Shown here: positions 11,838-24,160 of the stretch, one piece after another | Numbering within the stretch: position 1 is the stretch's first letter | How the letters are laid out: each line of letters opens with the position of its first letter | The notes under the pieces: model-generated | The model's database searches: none | What the model was told of the DNA's origin: nothing | The model's input: the letters and a program-made list of their open reading frames with translations, nothing else | Translations under genes and position numbers: made by a program | Assembly (NCBI GenBank): GCA_951406725.2 | Contig: OX597815.1 | Location: 175,274,001-175,338,000, forward strand | DNA: 64,000 nt | DNA from: Octopus vulgaris | Lineage: Eukaryota | Reading direction: 5' to 3'

Positions 11838-13369
11838 AAAATGCTTGCTTATGAATTCTTAATGTTTGTCATGCCTTTCATTTTTAATTTTTAAGAACTT
11901 GAAAAAAGATTTTTGAATTTCAATGGGTCCAGAACAGTTAAAACTTTCTTTTAAAATTCTTTACAAATGTAATTAAAAAGTTGTATATACATTTTTGTTA
12001 TGAATCACCCGCTCACTCAGAGGAGAATAGAAAATAAATCTATATTATAGGTAAAGTGTAAATGTTACTGTTTTATGTTTTTTTACTCCTGTGAACCAAA
12101 AGATTTGGAGATTTTATTTCCAAACATTTGTGATTATCTGTATGATATGTTTTGTCAGCTTGTATTTACCAAAATAGAATGTTCAGAAATCTTAAACATA
12201 ATAGGGAAAATTCCATTTTTGTAAATGTCAAATTTTAAAAAAAAATCTTTTGCTGCCACTCTTTAACTCAAAATTTTGTGAAATTATTTTAGGCATTTTT
12301 AGTCATAGTTGGTAACACCCACATAAATATTTTTTTGTTAAAATATCACTCTCTCTCAGAGATAAACTATTTCTTGCATCAAGTTCTCTTTCAGTTGATT
12401 TTGGTTAATTAGCACCACTTACAGTGCTGGTTGCTGAGTAATTATTATTATTATTTAAAAGAAGAAAAATTTTATCTATTCAAAACTCTTCCAAGTATTA
12501 AAAAAAAATTCCATCAATGGATTATCCATGTAAAAGTTAGAACCTGATTCTCTCCAGAACTTTCTGATGCAGTCTTAAACTATTCCAAGATGCTGTTGGG
12601 ACCAACTTTCATTCTTCATGGTCTGTAAACAAAAGTTTGAGTCAATTCAGTCTGTTTTCTTCTTCCGGCCAACTCAAAAGGTTTTCAGTTGAATAGTTTA
12701 ATATTAAAGCTAGAGATTCAAAATCCATTGATACAGTTGCAAATGCAGCAATGTGGAAATCGAACCGGTGATTGTGTTACTTTGAGGCACTGTGACTCTG
12801 CCCAGGCACAGCAAAAGCTAAAGAAATTGTCTTGCAGTTATTTCTTGTGGTTATTCTGCTTCCATTTTGATCCAAAAGCTAAATCATTTCAATTGGATCT
12901 TTAGTCTGATTGAAAGAGGACCCCCCCCTCCACTTTTTTGTTTGAAAGTGGCTTTAGCCCTTCCCCCCCAACTCCTTTTTTATTTGAGAACTTGAACCCA
13001 TGTAAAGAATGAAAACCAAGCCTGCAAATATATATTTTGATGTTGAACAGGATACTTTAGTGCATCTAGTCAAGTTTTGATTCATTATTCTTAGTTGAAA
13101 CATTGCTGTGGTTGATTTAATCACTAAAATAAGTAGATGAGCGATAAGATACTGGCACCAGTCCTTGGCATTGTTTTTGTGTCTAGTCAGAGAAAATCAA
13201 TATTAAACCTGCAACTACCAGTTTGGGAAATCTGATTAAAAAACGTGTTTAATATGAAGGTTTTCAATTGAATTTTAAAAAATACTTTTAAGTTTTAAGT
13301 AAAAAATATTTGCTGCTAAATGTTTGATTACATTTTATACTGAACAGTCATTTCCCCCCCTCCATACAA

Positions 13370-13535
13370 TGCCCAGGTAAGGTCAGGGTTAAAAAAGCTT
13401 GCTTTCCAACCATGTGGTTTGGAGTTCATGCCCACTTTGCAGTGCTTTGAGCAACTGTCTTCTGTTATAGTTCCAGGCTGACCAAAATCCCTGTGAGTGG
13501 AATTGGTAGATGGAAGCTGAAAGAAGCCCGTCATG
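13370..13535 (+). mobile_element. tRNA/CORE-type SINE (abundant family)
   Basis: ...GTGAGTGGAATTGGTAGATGGAAGCTGAAAGAAGCCCGTC. Further copies at about 18450-18590, 23170-23310, 27165-27300, 31508-31650, 47845-48010, 51580-51735 and 63645-63805. Better-preserved copies show a CCTTGGGCAAGT CORE-like motif. Confidence 0.7.
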
Positions 13536-16500
13536 TGAGGAGTATATGTTTGTACTCTTGTCTTGACATTTTGTGATGGTTGTGAGGGATCATCGTCATA
13601 CAAGGAATTAACCCTTTTAAGATTTGCACTAAAAACACCTCTGCCATATCCAGCCAACACTAAATTACAACCGTCTCTTTGTACATACTAGATTGTCTGT
13701 CACCACATCTTTATACATTTTACTCAACCTCCATCCTATAATTTAACTAACTGAAGTTCTGCCAGTCTAAAATTTACTCTCTTTGTCCCTTTACACCTTT
13801 CTTTCAGCTAAAGATTGTAACCCTAAACCACTATGTCAGTGGAGTCGCATGACTTGCTAGAAAAAGCAGCCAAATTATCTTAGCCCACATCCTACCATCT
13901 CCCTACATGGCCTTGCTTTTTGAGCCAAAAAAATTAACTAACTAACTAACTTTAACATCTCAAAAAAAGAAACATTGAAATAATGTATTTCCAGATACTT
14001 TATTTCTGAAAACAAAATGAGGTGGTTCCAGATGGAAAACCTTTGATTAAAGGTCTCTTCAGTAAGGGCTCATCAACAGGTTTTTTTCATTTTTATAGTT
14101 GGACATTTCTGTGAATTTAGTAATAATTACTTTTTTTTTTTGTTTCCTATCTTAATGTGATTTTACAATTCATTTCATAAATTTGATGTGATATGTAAAT
14201 TTTCTCTATTTTTCTGTTTAATGAGATCAGTATGTGAAACCTTTGTTTCATTGAGCAAAAAAACTATAAATGTTAATATAAAAAGTTTTGTCATTTTTCT
14301 CTCTAATTCTACTTTTGTACAAAGGATGCGATGCAAGTTATAAATTACAGTTGGAATGAAAATGTATTTTGATTCATGTCATAATGCAGGATTTAAACTT
14401 GCAATCTTCCAATAATTATCTGAATCCTGACAGGTAATAATAATTCTTGATGCTTCAAGAATTATTTACTGATAGGAAAAAAATGACAAACTGGAAAACT
14501 TGGATTTGCAATTTCTGAGGATTCTTGTTTGAACATTATCAGATGTGAACAGTTGTTAAGAATTGATATTTTAATAATTAAATTTTTCTTCTTATAGAAG
14601 CTGAAAAAGACCAAGAAATAATTTTTAGCTATAAATCAAGAATTTAGATGTTATGGGCTTTTAAAGTTTTATCGTAGTTTAGGTGTGAATGACTTATTTT
14701 GTCGATGCTAGTCAAATTTTTATTTACACTGTCATTGAATGCTGCTCAACCAATTATGCCAACCTTTCCAGTAAAGATAAGAACAAATCTTAAAACTTTT
14801 TTTGACAATACTTATCAACAGAAAATATATTTCGCATTAAAAAGTAGTTTCTAGTTTGTAACTTATAATAATTGAATGTTAATGATCAAATTAGTTATAC
14901 ATATCGAATGCAGATGTGACTGTCTGACCAGAAGCTGGGCTGCCCAATGCCTTGCAAGCAGAGTTGCTAGATGGAAACTGAAAGGAATTCGTTGTATGTC
15001 TGTCTGTGTATCCCTCACCACCACTTGGCAACCAGTGTTGGTGCATTTATGTCCTTTTAACCTAGCAGTTCAGCAAAAGTGATCAATAGAATAAGTATCG
15101 GGCTTTAAAAAAAAAAAGTGCTGGGGTCAGTTCAGTTGACTGAACTTCTTGAAGATGGTGCTCCAGCATGGCCACAGCCAAATGACTGAAACAAGTAAAA
15201 GATAAAAGTTATGTAATTTAATCAGTTGACATCTTGCCAAAATTGGTTTTTGCTTCTTATTCCATTTTGGGCCAGTAAAACAATTAGCAGCAGCAGGCAC
15301 ATCCTGGGGTTCATCCAATGAATCGTCCCGTTTCTGTAAGTCTGCAATTGTGTGTCTTTGTTATTCTCCATCCATCCATCTTTTCTGCCTAGGAAGATCA
15401 TAGGGTGGAGTCTTAAGGCCCCCCCCCATACAATCCTGCCAGAAACCATTTTCCAATTGAATTTCTGAGTGTGATTAATGTGACTGAATACTATTGACCA
15501 TCTCGCTTTGGGTCTAACATTACATCTTCTTGTTGGCTTGAATCTGTCAGGTTTCTTTCCTGTGATAGCATTTGTTTGTAGCACTGGAGCTTTGACCCCC
15601 TCCTCAGTGTGGTGAAGTAGCAGATTGACATGGAGAGACCCCTTGATCTCCAAGCTATGCATCCAATTGAGATCTGTCAGAGGAACCCCATTTCTGCTGC
15701 TTGTGTTCATGATTGTACTCCTTTGACATTTATGACCATAAGTGAGGTTAGCCATAGAAACTGAATTGAGGAGGAGTTTGGCTCTTTTTTTTTTTTTTCT
15801 AACTATTTAAATTTCTTGACAAATTTTGGTCTTTTCACCAGTTGGATATCCTTAGCTTTCAAAGCTAATGTTGGTATATAAAGCTGCAACGCTTCACATT
15901 TTCCTTCTTGGAAAACTTAGGCCATTAACACTCCTACGAGAATGTAACATTGACCCAAAATGATCATCTCAGTGCTTGCACTGCTGAGACACATCTGCAT
16001 CTTACTCTCACATACATTATGGAATCATCATGGAATCTGGTATAAATTTTAATCCTCTATAATTGTTCACATTTGCTTTGATGAATCATTTTAAGTAGTC
16101 TTTACTGTTTTTATCAAATGCATTTTATAACCAATTTATTACATAAAATCTTTGTAACAGAAACATATCTAACTCAATATAAATTGCTATTTTCACTTTC
16201 TGTCCACTTGGATCCTCATTAAGTTATTTCTCAATTTTATTTTATTAGTATTCACTAAGTTTGAAAAATGGCCTTCTTGCAGAGCATTGTGGAATAGACC
16301 CTTCAAGATCTGATCTCTTTTTTTTCTTTTCTCTCTCAATAAGATGGCACTTTTTATGTTAGCGAAAAGCAAGACATTTCCCATACTGATTAAAACTTTT
16401 GACTTGTATTGTTGGATGATGAAATTGTTTTGAAATAAAGAGAAAAAGTAAACTGCATACACTACACACACACATTTATTTCAAACTCTAATTAAAAAGA

Positions 16501-16631
16501 AAACCAAACTTTTTGTTCCCATTCCTGAAAACGTCTTATATATTATAACTTGTGTTAAAATATGTGGCAGCAGCTAATACAGAATATCTACTTCATGAAT
16601 TTGTATTATTTTTGTATGTAGATATTATGTA

Positions 16632-16652
16632 AATAAACTTTTTCTTAATAAA
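16632..16652 (+). promoter_or_regulatory. Paired AATAAA, candidate distal poly(A) signal of the PERK-like gene
   Basis: AATAAA at 16632 and 16647, followed by GT/T-rich sequence. Use is unproven; a proximal AATAAA also lies at about 12033. Confidence 0.3.
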
Positions 16653-16712
16653 ATATCTTGACTGTATGTCAGTTTCTTCTTGGTCAACAGAATGATGATA
16701 CAATAGAAAGAG

Positions 16713-17291
16713 TTTTATTGTATTTCCATCATAATATCCTGCTTAGCAAGTTGGCAGAAATGTTAGCATGTCAGGCAAAAAAAAAAAATCTTTACAGCCC
16801 TTCTGTGGACAATTTGATCAAATTTTGGACACTTTAGAGACATCAGATTTTCTCATCTTGTTCACAGCTTATCCTTAAGATCTGATGTCACTAAAGTGGA
16901 ATTTTAATAGTTAAAAAGCAAAAAAAAAAAGCCAAGCTCTATTTCCAATTTAGTGACATCAGATCTTAAGGAAAGATGTGAATAAAATGAGAACAATCTG
17001 ATGTCTGTCTCTGAAGTGTCCAAAATTTGATAAAATTGTCCAGAGAAGGGCTGTAAAGATTGTTTTTGTTTTAACTATTTAAATTCCACTTCAGTGACAT
17101 CAGATCTTAAGATTTTTTTGCCCCCCTTTCTCTATTGGTATACTTACTTAAAACATTGTGTACAAAAGGTATAAAAATTAAGCATAACCCTACACATGGT
17201 GGGGCACAAAATACCACTGAGCATTTCACCCAGTGTGCTAACATTTCTGGCAGCTCACCAACTTGCTAAGCAGGATGGAAATACAATAAAA
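16713..17291. repeat. Nested inverted repeat (fold-back)
   Basis: Inner arms 16787-16901 / 16943-17061. A second partner for 16875-16916 lies at 17069-17111. Outer arms 16713-16768 / 17236-17291. Confidence 0.88.
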
Positions 17292-17912
17292 TAATTTAAC
17301 TTTTGCTAAAAAGTTTAATATTCAGAGGGATATTTAAAATTTGGATTTATACCTTACTATCCACAATAAAACCTGTCACCAAGTTATGGGCAAAAAACTC
17401 AGATCTTGTGAATTTTCTGAAGTCCTCTCCCCACACCCTGGTAAAGATTTCCCCCCAAATTTCTTTATAATTGTAATCTATGCTGGTTGAAAAGTATTTA
17501 TATAAAATATCATTTTTAAAAAAACATGGATCTTGTGAATTTCCGAACTCCCCACTGTTGCTTTCTGTGCATTTTTTTTTTGTTTCCAGGTAATATTGTA
17601 AACATTAACCAAATTTTGAATAACAAAAATTAAATATCACGGGGGGGGGGGGGGTCATCAGGATTTTAGAACTGATTCGATGGGGGCATGGTCAAAAATT
17701 GGTCGGGAACCACTGGTCTAATCCATGTTGCCATTTAATGGTGATGATGACCTGAAATAATATCTCAGTTAAATGGCAAAAAAATAATTTAAGAAGACAA
17801 ATTACAAAGAAAGGAAATTTCTTTTTAATATTGGAATTTGTTATGATGAAAAATATTTTTGGTTTAAGCTAAAATTATTTTAATCTTTTTCAAAATTCCT
17901 CTGGAACTGGTT

Positions 17913-18083
17913 TTATTGTAACGAGCAAATTGGGCTGCGAGGAGAGTTTTGAACTGAAGCGACTTTCGGACAGGGTTCACATTCAATGTTTGCAGTGACA
18001 ACCTGTTGCTGTTGTTCTTTCTCAGCAGTCGTTAACTTTAAGCCGACCAACTCAGCAGCAACACGTTGGAAGCAGACAGACAT
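17913..18083 (-). CDS. RAB28: Rab28 exon 6 (terminal, CaaX)
   Basis: TTTCAG|ATG..., 171 nt. Translates MSVCFQRVAAELVGLKLTTAEKEQQQQVVTANI...PRSPICSLQ*, matching the Rab28 C-terminus and its CaaX(Q) box. Confidence 0.93.
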   Translation of the reverse strand: MSVCFQRVAAELVGLKLTTAEKEQQQQVVTANIECEPCPKVASVQNSPRSPICSLQ

Positions 18084-20198
18084 CTGAAAGGATAAAAGAG
18101 AAGAAAAAAAAAAAGAAGAGAAATCCAACTGAAATATGACTTCTTTCTTGAATAGAATCATTGGAAATGGATATTCTCTAAAACAGACTACAAAACTTGA
18201 CTTTTTGCAGGGAGTTAAAAAAAGTAAAGAATGAACCCATAGCAAATCGCTTTCATTTGTTTCAGTCTTTAGACTGTGGCCATGCTGCAGTACTGCCTTG
18301 AAAGGTGTCAACTCCAGGGCTTGTTTTTCTTATCTAAGCTTGGTGCTTATTCAATCAGTCTCTTTTTGCTGAACCACTAAATTACAGGAACATAAACAAC
18401 CCAACACTTGACAAGTGGTTTGTGTGAGGGACGGATGAAGACACATACAGGGTTTCTTTCAGTTTTTGGCTACCAAATCCATTCACAAGGTTTGGGCTGG
18501 GGTAAAAGATACCTGACCACAATGCCACACAGTGGCACTGAACCAGGAACCAAATGACTGGCAAGCTAAATTCTTGCTACACAATCATGCTGGCTTTAAT
18601 TTAAAATACATTTTCTCCTTTCATTTTGCTATTGTACAATATTAATATTGTTTTAATGTTGCTTGTCATTTTTTTGTTTTTAGCTGGTTTAGATCCATTT
18701 TCAATCCAACAATGGCATCCTGTTTAAATAGGTCACATCTCAATCCTGAAGCAATAGGTTTCATCCCAGGGCACGGCATCAGGTAAACTCCAAACTTCAT
18801 CATCATCGTTTAATGTCCGTTTTCCATGCTGGCATGGGTTGGACGGTTTAACAGGAGCTGACCACCTGAAGGCCTGCCCAGGCTCCAGTCATCCGCTTTG
18901 GCATGGTTTTTAAGGCTGGGATGCCAACCACTTTACAAAGTGTGGACTGGATGCTTTTTATGAGCCCACAAGATTAGGGATGTTCAGCTGGAGAGGATAA
19001 GCAAAGGCAACTATGCTTTTTCTTAGCTTGGCATGTCTTTTCAAGCACAGCAAACCACCAGAAGTCTTGGTCCCCTGTCACCCCGCCTGTGAGTCCCAAG
19101 TGCATGAAACTGTGTTAATGGAAACCCATCAGAAAGACTGAAATCTTCTCACTCTACTGCCTACAAACCAAATTATGTCTATATCCCATTACTTCCTCAC
19201 ATTTCTGCTTCATGTACTATGATTACCTCCCACTCCCTAATCTTGTCCTCTTGGCCCAGTGCCACTGAATTGTTCTCTGCTTGCCCCCGACCTGTGCCTT
19301 CTACCCACATGCCTTGTCACACTCTATTATTGCCATCTGCAAGCAACTGACCTGGGTATTCCACACATAACAAGAAAACTTTTCCCCAACAAACCAATCT
19401 ACATCTTTCTTGCATTTCCTCCTTCCTACACTATGTCTAGCTCTCACTCTTCAATCCTGTCCTCACATCCCTGTTCCTCTGTATCACTGCTATCCAGTAG
19501 CCCCTCCAACTCTATATATACCCAGGCCTTTCACCACTTACTCACACTCCCTTCGCAATTGGTGTGTTACATTAATTCTATAAGACATCCATTTGATTCC
19601 AAATATCTCTTTCCACATATAAAAGAACAGAATCTCCAACTTTCCCACCATCACTATCAATAAACAAATAGATGACATCTTTTACAGATTCTTATTACTT
19701 AACATTTATTCATTTGTAGGAATTTTCTTTCTTATCTGAACGAAATGTTTACCTCTTGTTGTGACTCGTAAAACTATTCCAAAAGTTTGTACAATATGTC
19801 ACACGAATATTTCAGTTATTTTCTGTCTCAGCCAGAACAATTGTTAAGCAACTGATAACAAACAACCTTCAGATTGTCGTTGCCTTTCTAAAGACGTTAA
19901 GTAACATCAAGCAAGTTTTAGCATATCCTCCATCCAGAGAATGAGATATGCTTTGACATGTTTTCAGAATTGTGTTTCAATGGCTGATTGTGAAGTTGAA
20001 GGAGAAAATTCAGAGAAAGACATCGAAGGAGGTTTTAGAAATATTAATTAGCAACAAGTCGGGGGAAACTCATTAAATTGATGTTATGATACAATGTAGC
20101 CAGAAAGTCTTACAAAATATGAATTGCTTTAATTAAGTTAGTATGATCAATGATTAATCTTTTGTTTACATTCATTAACATTGTATAAACGAACTTAC

Positions 20199-20302
20199 GC
20201 ATTCACCAGTTTTTGCACTAATAAAGTGGTTGGACATATTATGGTCTGCAGCAAACTTGACGTGCCGTTCTTCGCTGACAGCTCTCACATGTTCGAGATC
20301 AA
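20199..20302 (-). CDS. RAB28: Rab28 exon 5
   Basis: TTTTCAG|...|GTAAGT, 104 nt. Translates (V)DLEHVRAVSEERHVKFAADHNMSNHFISAKTGEC, with the G4 Asp and G5 SAK. Confidence 0.94.
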
Positions 20303-20614
20303 CTGAAAAAGCAAACAGCAAACCAGAATAGAAAAACTGTTGTTGTTCGGCCAGAATTAGTCTACGACTGTTCTTATTTGTACGGGTTGAGTGGTTTTGC
20401 AATTTAGCAGCCACTCTTATGCCTTGAACTTTCCCAATCATTTCTACAGCTCTGCTCCGATTGCTTTTTTCATTTCTTGTTTTGTCTGTTTCTGCTGTGT
20501 TATGTGGAGGGGAGGAGCAGATGCAGTTCTCCCAGGACTTTGCAAGTACCTCTGGACAAATGAAGTCTGAGAAAAAGGGACAGCGCAAAGTTTGAGATAG
20601 GAGGAGTGGAGAAT

Positions 20615-21500
20615 CCCACATCTTCCTGGGTCTACCTCTTTCATAGTGAGAGATTGGCACTTCTTTACACAGATGCCCTCGTCCATACGCATCACACAAC
20701 CATACCAATGCAGTTGTCTCTCTTGTACACCAAAACCGATGCCTCTTATGCCCAACTTTTCTCTCAAGATGCTTACACTCTGCCGAACATGCACACTGAC
20801 ATTGCACATCCAGCAAAGCATACCAGCTTCATTTCTTCTAAGCTTATGCATGTCCTCAGTGGTCACATTTCATGTTTCACTAGCAGTTGATGGAGTCTAT
20901 TTTCTGTACAGTTCAAGTGTTTATTGTCCCTGTGCATCTGCCACACACACACACAGACTATTTTCCCTGTCAACCTTCCTCTGATATTGCTGCACCTTGT
21001 ATGTGTCCATAGCCATTTCTACAAATCAAGCAGGGTCATCTACCTGAAGGGATTTGTAATTTGTCTGCTTTCCTACTATCTAAGGCTTTGTTTTTTGCAA
21101 GATTAACTCTGAGGCCCTTTGATTCTAGACCTTGCTTCCACTCCTAAAATTTCTTCTCTAGTTCTGGAAGTGATTCAGCTATAAGCGCAAGGTCATCATC
21201 ATGGAGAAGCTCCCAGAGGCAGCCTGACTTAAATTCCTCTGTTATTGCCTGGAAGGCTATGATGAACAAGAAGGGGGCTGAAGACTGATCCTTGGTGAAC
21301 GCCCTACTTGTACCCTGAATTTCTTACTATACTCATTGCTAATCTTTACCTTACTGACAGCATCTCTGTATATGGCGTGTACAGCTCTCATCAACCACTC
21401 ATCTATCCCTAGTTTCCGCATTGAGCACCAAATAAGGGAGCAGAAGACACTGTCAGAAGCTTTTTCCATGTCAACAAAAGCCAATTACAGGGGTTTATTT
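20615..21500 (-). mobile_element. Decayed RTE LINE RT fragment
   Basis: AFVDMEKA..LIWCSMRKLGIDEWLMRAV and RNEAGMLCWMCNVSVH...LHWYG; same family as 1-1400. Confidence 0.88.
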
Positions 21501-22675
21501 CTGACAAGGTATATAGATACCTTGTCAGAAATAAACCCATGTAATTGGCTTTGTGTGTGTATGAGGAGCAAACATGACTGTTGTTGAGAAGTTTGCTTTG
21601 TTATCATGTCATGACTGGAATTAGTAGATGAAACTGTAAAGAAGCCTGTTTCACACACACACGTGTGCACTTGTGTCCAACCCATGCTAGCATGGAAAAC
21701 GGACGTTAAACGATGATGACATCATTTCAGTGGCTATGTTTATGCTTTCCATAAACAAAAATGTCTGGCAGTGGTTTGGTGTGTGAAGACATGGAAAAAA
21801 AGCAGACATAAAACATTGATGATGATGATGACGTGTGTTTTATTTCCCCATCACCTCTGCTGATTGCATCATCTTTACTTCCTTCACAAGTGACTGCATC
21901 AGACTGTCTGCTCCCCAAATACTCTAACTTCATGTTTTTATACATTGCTTACCCTCCTGTTCTCTCCCCTGGGCAACCTCTGCTGTCACCGATCACCTCC
22001 TCTTGCTTTTGTTCATATTCAGAGAAGAGACCCAATGTTTCCTCTGCATGTTAACTAAAAGAAGCTGAAGAGGGATTTGCACCCCAACCTCATGAAACCC
22101 TCACCAGTAACCACTACTCAAACAGAGCCCCTGGGTTGGAGGGTTGTTGCCTGGGTGGTGCAAAGGTGTCATCTGCCAGGAGTGGTAGGAAATCACCAAC
22201 AAATGGTGGATGAAGCGACACACTGTTGCAACGCATCCCTCCCCTATACCACTACTACTACTACTGAGCCCTGAATTTGGAACCCAGCTGTAAAGAAGTT
22301 GTTCCCTGTGAACTGTGAAGGAAGGCAACATTAATTACACTTGATTGGTGATGAAAAGAGACTTTGTCCAGTAAGAGAGGAAGCAACGAAACCCTGATGT
22401 AGTTTCTAATGAAATGCCAAACGTGATTCTGGAATATTGACTCTGCAACCATTGACCTCAAGATACAAACTCTTTCTAACAACAACTAATTATTTTCATG
22501 CTAAATAATTTGACACGAGAAGAGAGGGTCAATCGTTAGAGCCCAACAGCAACAATGGTACAAGTTGAATTCCTGAGGCAACTAAACTAACTCCATGTCT
22601 TTCCTTGTGTGATTAAATTACAGTAAGCGCCACTGGCATGACTACAAACACAAATGCTCAAAGATCAATAGTTAC

Positions 22676-22808
22676 CTTTGTTTCCAACGAGTGCCAAATG
22701 TGATGGAGATTTCCCACTGTGCAGACAGGATCTGTTAATAGTTAGCAACCAATCTTCCAGGTTCTCGAAGCTGATATAATTGGTAATGTCATAAACCAAA
22801 ATAATTCC
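22676..22808 (-). CDS. RAB28: Rab28 exon 4
   Basis: AAG|...|GTAAC, 133 nt. Translates GIILVYDITNYISFENLEDWLLTINRSCLHSGKSPSHLALVGNK. Confidence 0.94.
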
Positions 22809-23439
22809 CTTTGAATTGGATTAAAAAAAAACAAAAAACAAAAAAAACAAAACACAAAATTGGAGGGGGCGGGGCGCTAAAATTCCATTTTTCAGGACAG
22901 TATTAACTTGAATACATTGGTAATACAGTGTCAGTCAATATGTAGTTAATCTTCATTTAGTGCTCACTTTTTCATGCTTGCCTGGGTCAGACGGAGTTTA
23001 TTTGAGGCAGATTTTCTATGGTCAAATGCGCATGCTTGACACTACCCTCCCCTGTTCACAAGCAAGCTAATATTTTCCCATAGGCAGAAATTTTTTTCAC
23101 AGAATATTGGCAGCAAGTGAAACTGCTTGTATGACAGTGATGCTCACAACCCTCAACCAATGCCACACACAGAGTTTCCATCAACCAAATCCACTCATAA
23201 GGTTTTAGTCAGCCTGGGGCTGCAACAGAAGACACTTGTCCAAGGTGCCATGCAGTAGGATTGAACCCAGAACCATGCAATACTGCAACTGTTGCAAAAT
23301 CCTGAACCACACGAAATTGCAATTCAAATAATGTTACAGTCAAGAGTCGAAAACTGGAACTCATTTTTTCTCATGAGAAACAATGTTTTGTCTCATTTTA
23401 AAGAAAACTTTCTATAAAGAATTTTCCTGTTTGACCCTT

Positions 23440-24160
23440 TAATTCCAGGTTTTGTTTCCACATCTGAAATTTCTTTTCTAGTTCTGTTGCAGAATCTGTT
23501 ATGAGAGCAAGATCATCAGCATATAGCAGTTCCCAGGGGTGGCTGGTCTTCAATTCTTTCCTCTGTTATGGCCTGGAGGACAATGATGAAAAGGAGACAG
23601 ACTAAGAACTGAGCCCTGATGGACACCAACTTGTACACCAAATTCATCACTGTACTCATGGTTAGTGAAGGCGCATGGCTCAATGGTTAGAGCTTACGAT
23701 CGTGAGGTTGTGAGTTCAAATCCCGGACCAGACTGCATGTTGTGTTCTTGAGCAAGACTTTATTTCACGTTGTTCCAGTTCACTCAGCTGTAGAAATGAG
23801 TTGCGATGTCACAGGTGCCAAGCTGTATTGGTCTTTGCCTTACCCTTGCATAACATCGGTGGCATAGAGAGGGGAAGCTGGTATGCATAGGCAACTGCTG
23901 GTCTTCCATAAACAACCTTGCCCGGGAGGGTAACTTTCTGGGTGCAATCTCATGGTCAGTCATGACCGAAGGGGGTCTCAACAACTCATGGTTAGCTCTC
24001 ACCTGACTGTACTTTCACAATCCACTCGTCTACCCCTGGCTTCCTCAGAGCCCACAATACCACACAGCAGGATACTCTACCAAAGGCTTTTCCAGATCAA
24101 CAAATGACAAGTATAATGGTTTATTCTTAACAAAAGACTTCTCTTGCAGTTGCCTGACTG
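23440..24160 (-). mobile_element. Decayed RTE RT fragment interrupted by a SINE
   Basis: The minus strand encodes GVHQGSVLS and WELLYADDL-like segments on one side of the SINE and an FVDLEKAF-like segment on the other. Confidence 0.75.
23666..23983 (+). mobile_element. Full-length tRNA-derived SINE with 12-bp TSD
   Basis: A box TGGCTCAATGG, B box GAGTTCAAATCC. TSD ACTCATGGTTAG at 23654-23665 and 23984-23995. Confidence 0.88.

Noticed and set aside
23666-23735. tRNA gene
   Set aside because: A and B boxes are present, but there is no complete cloverleaf and it continues into a SINE body with a TSD.
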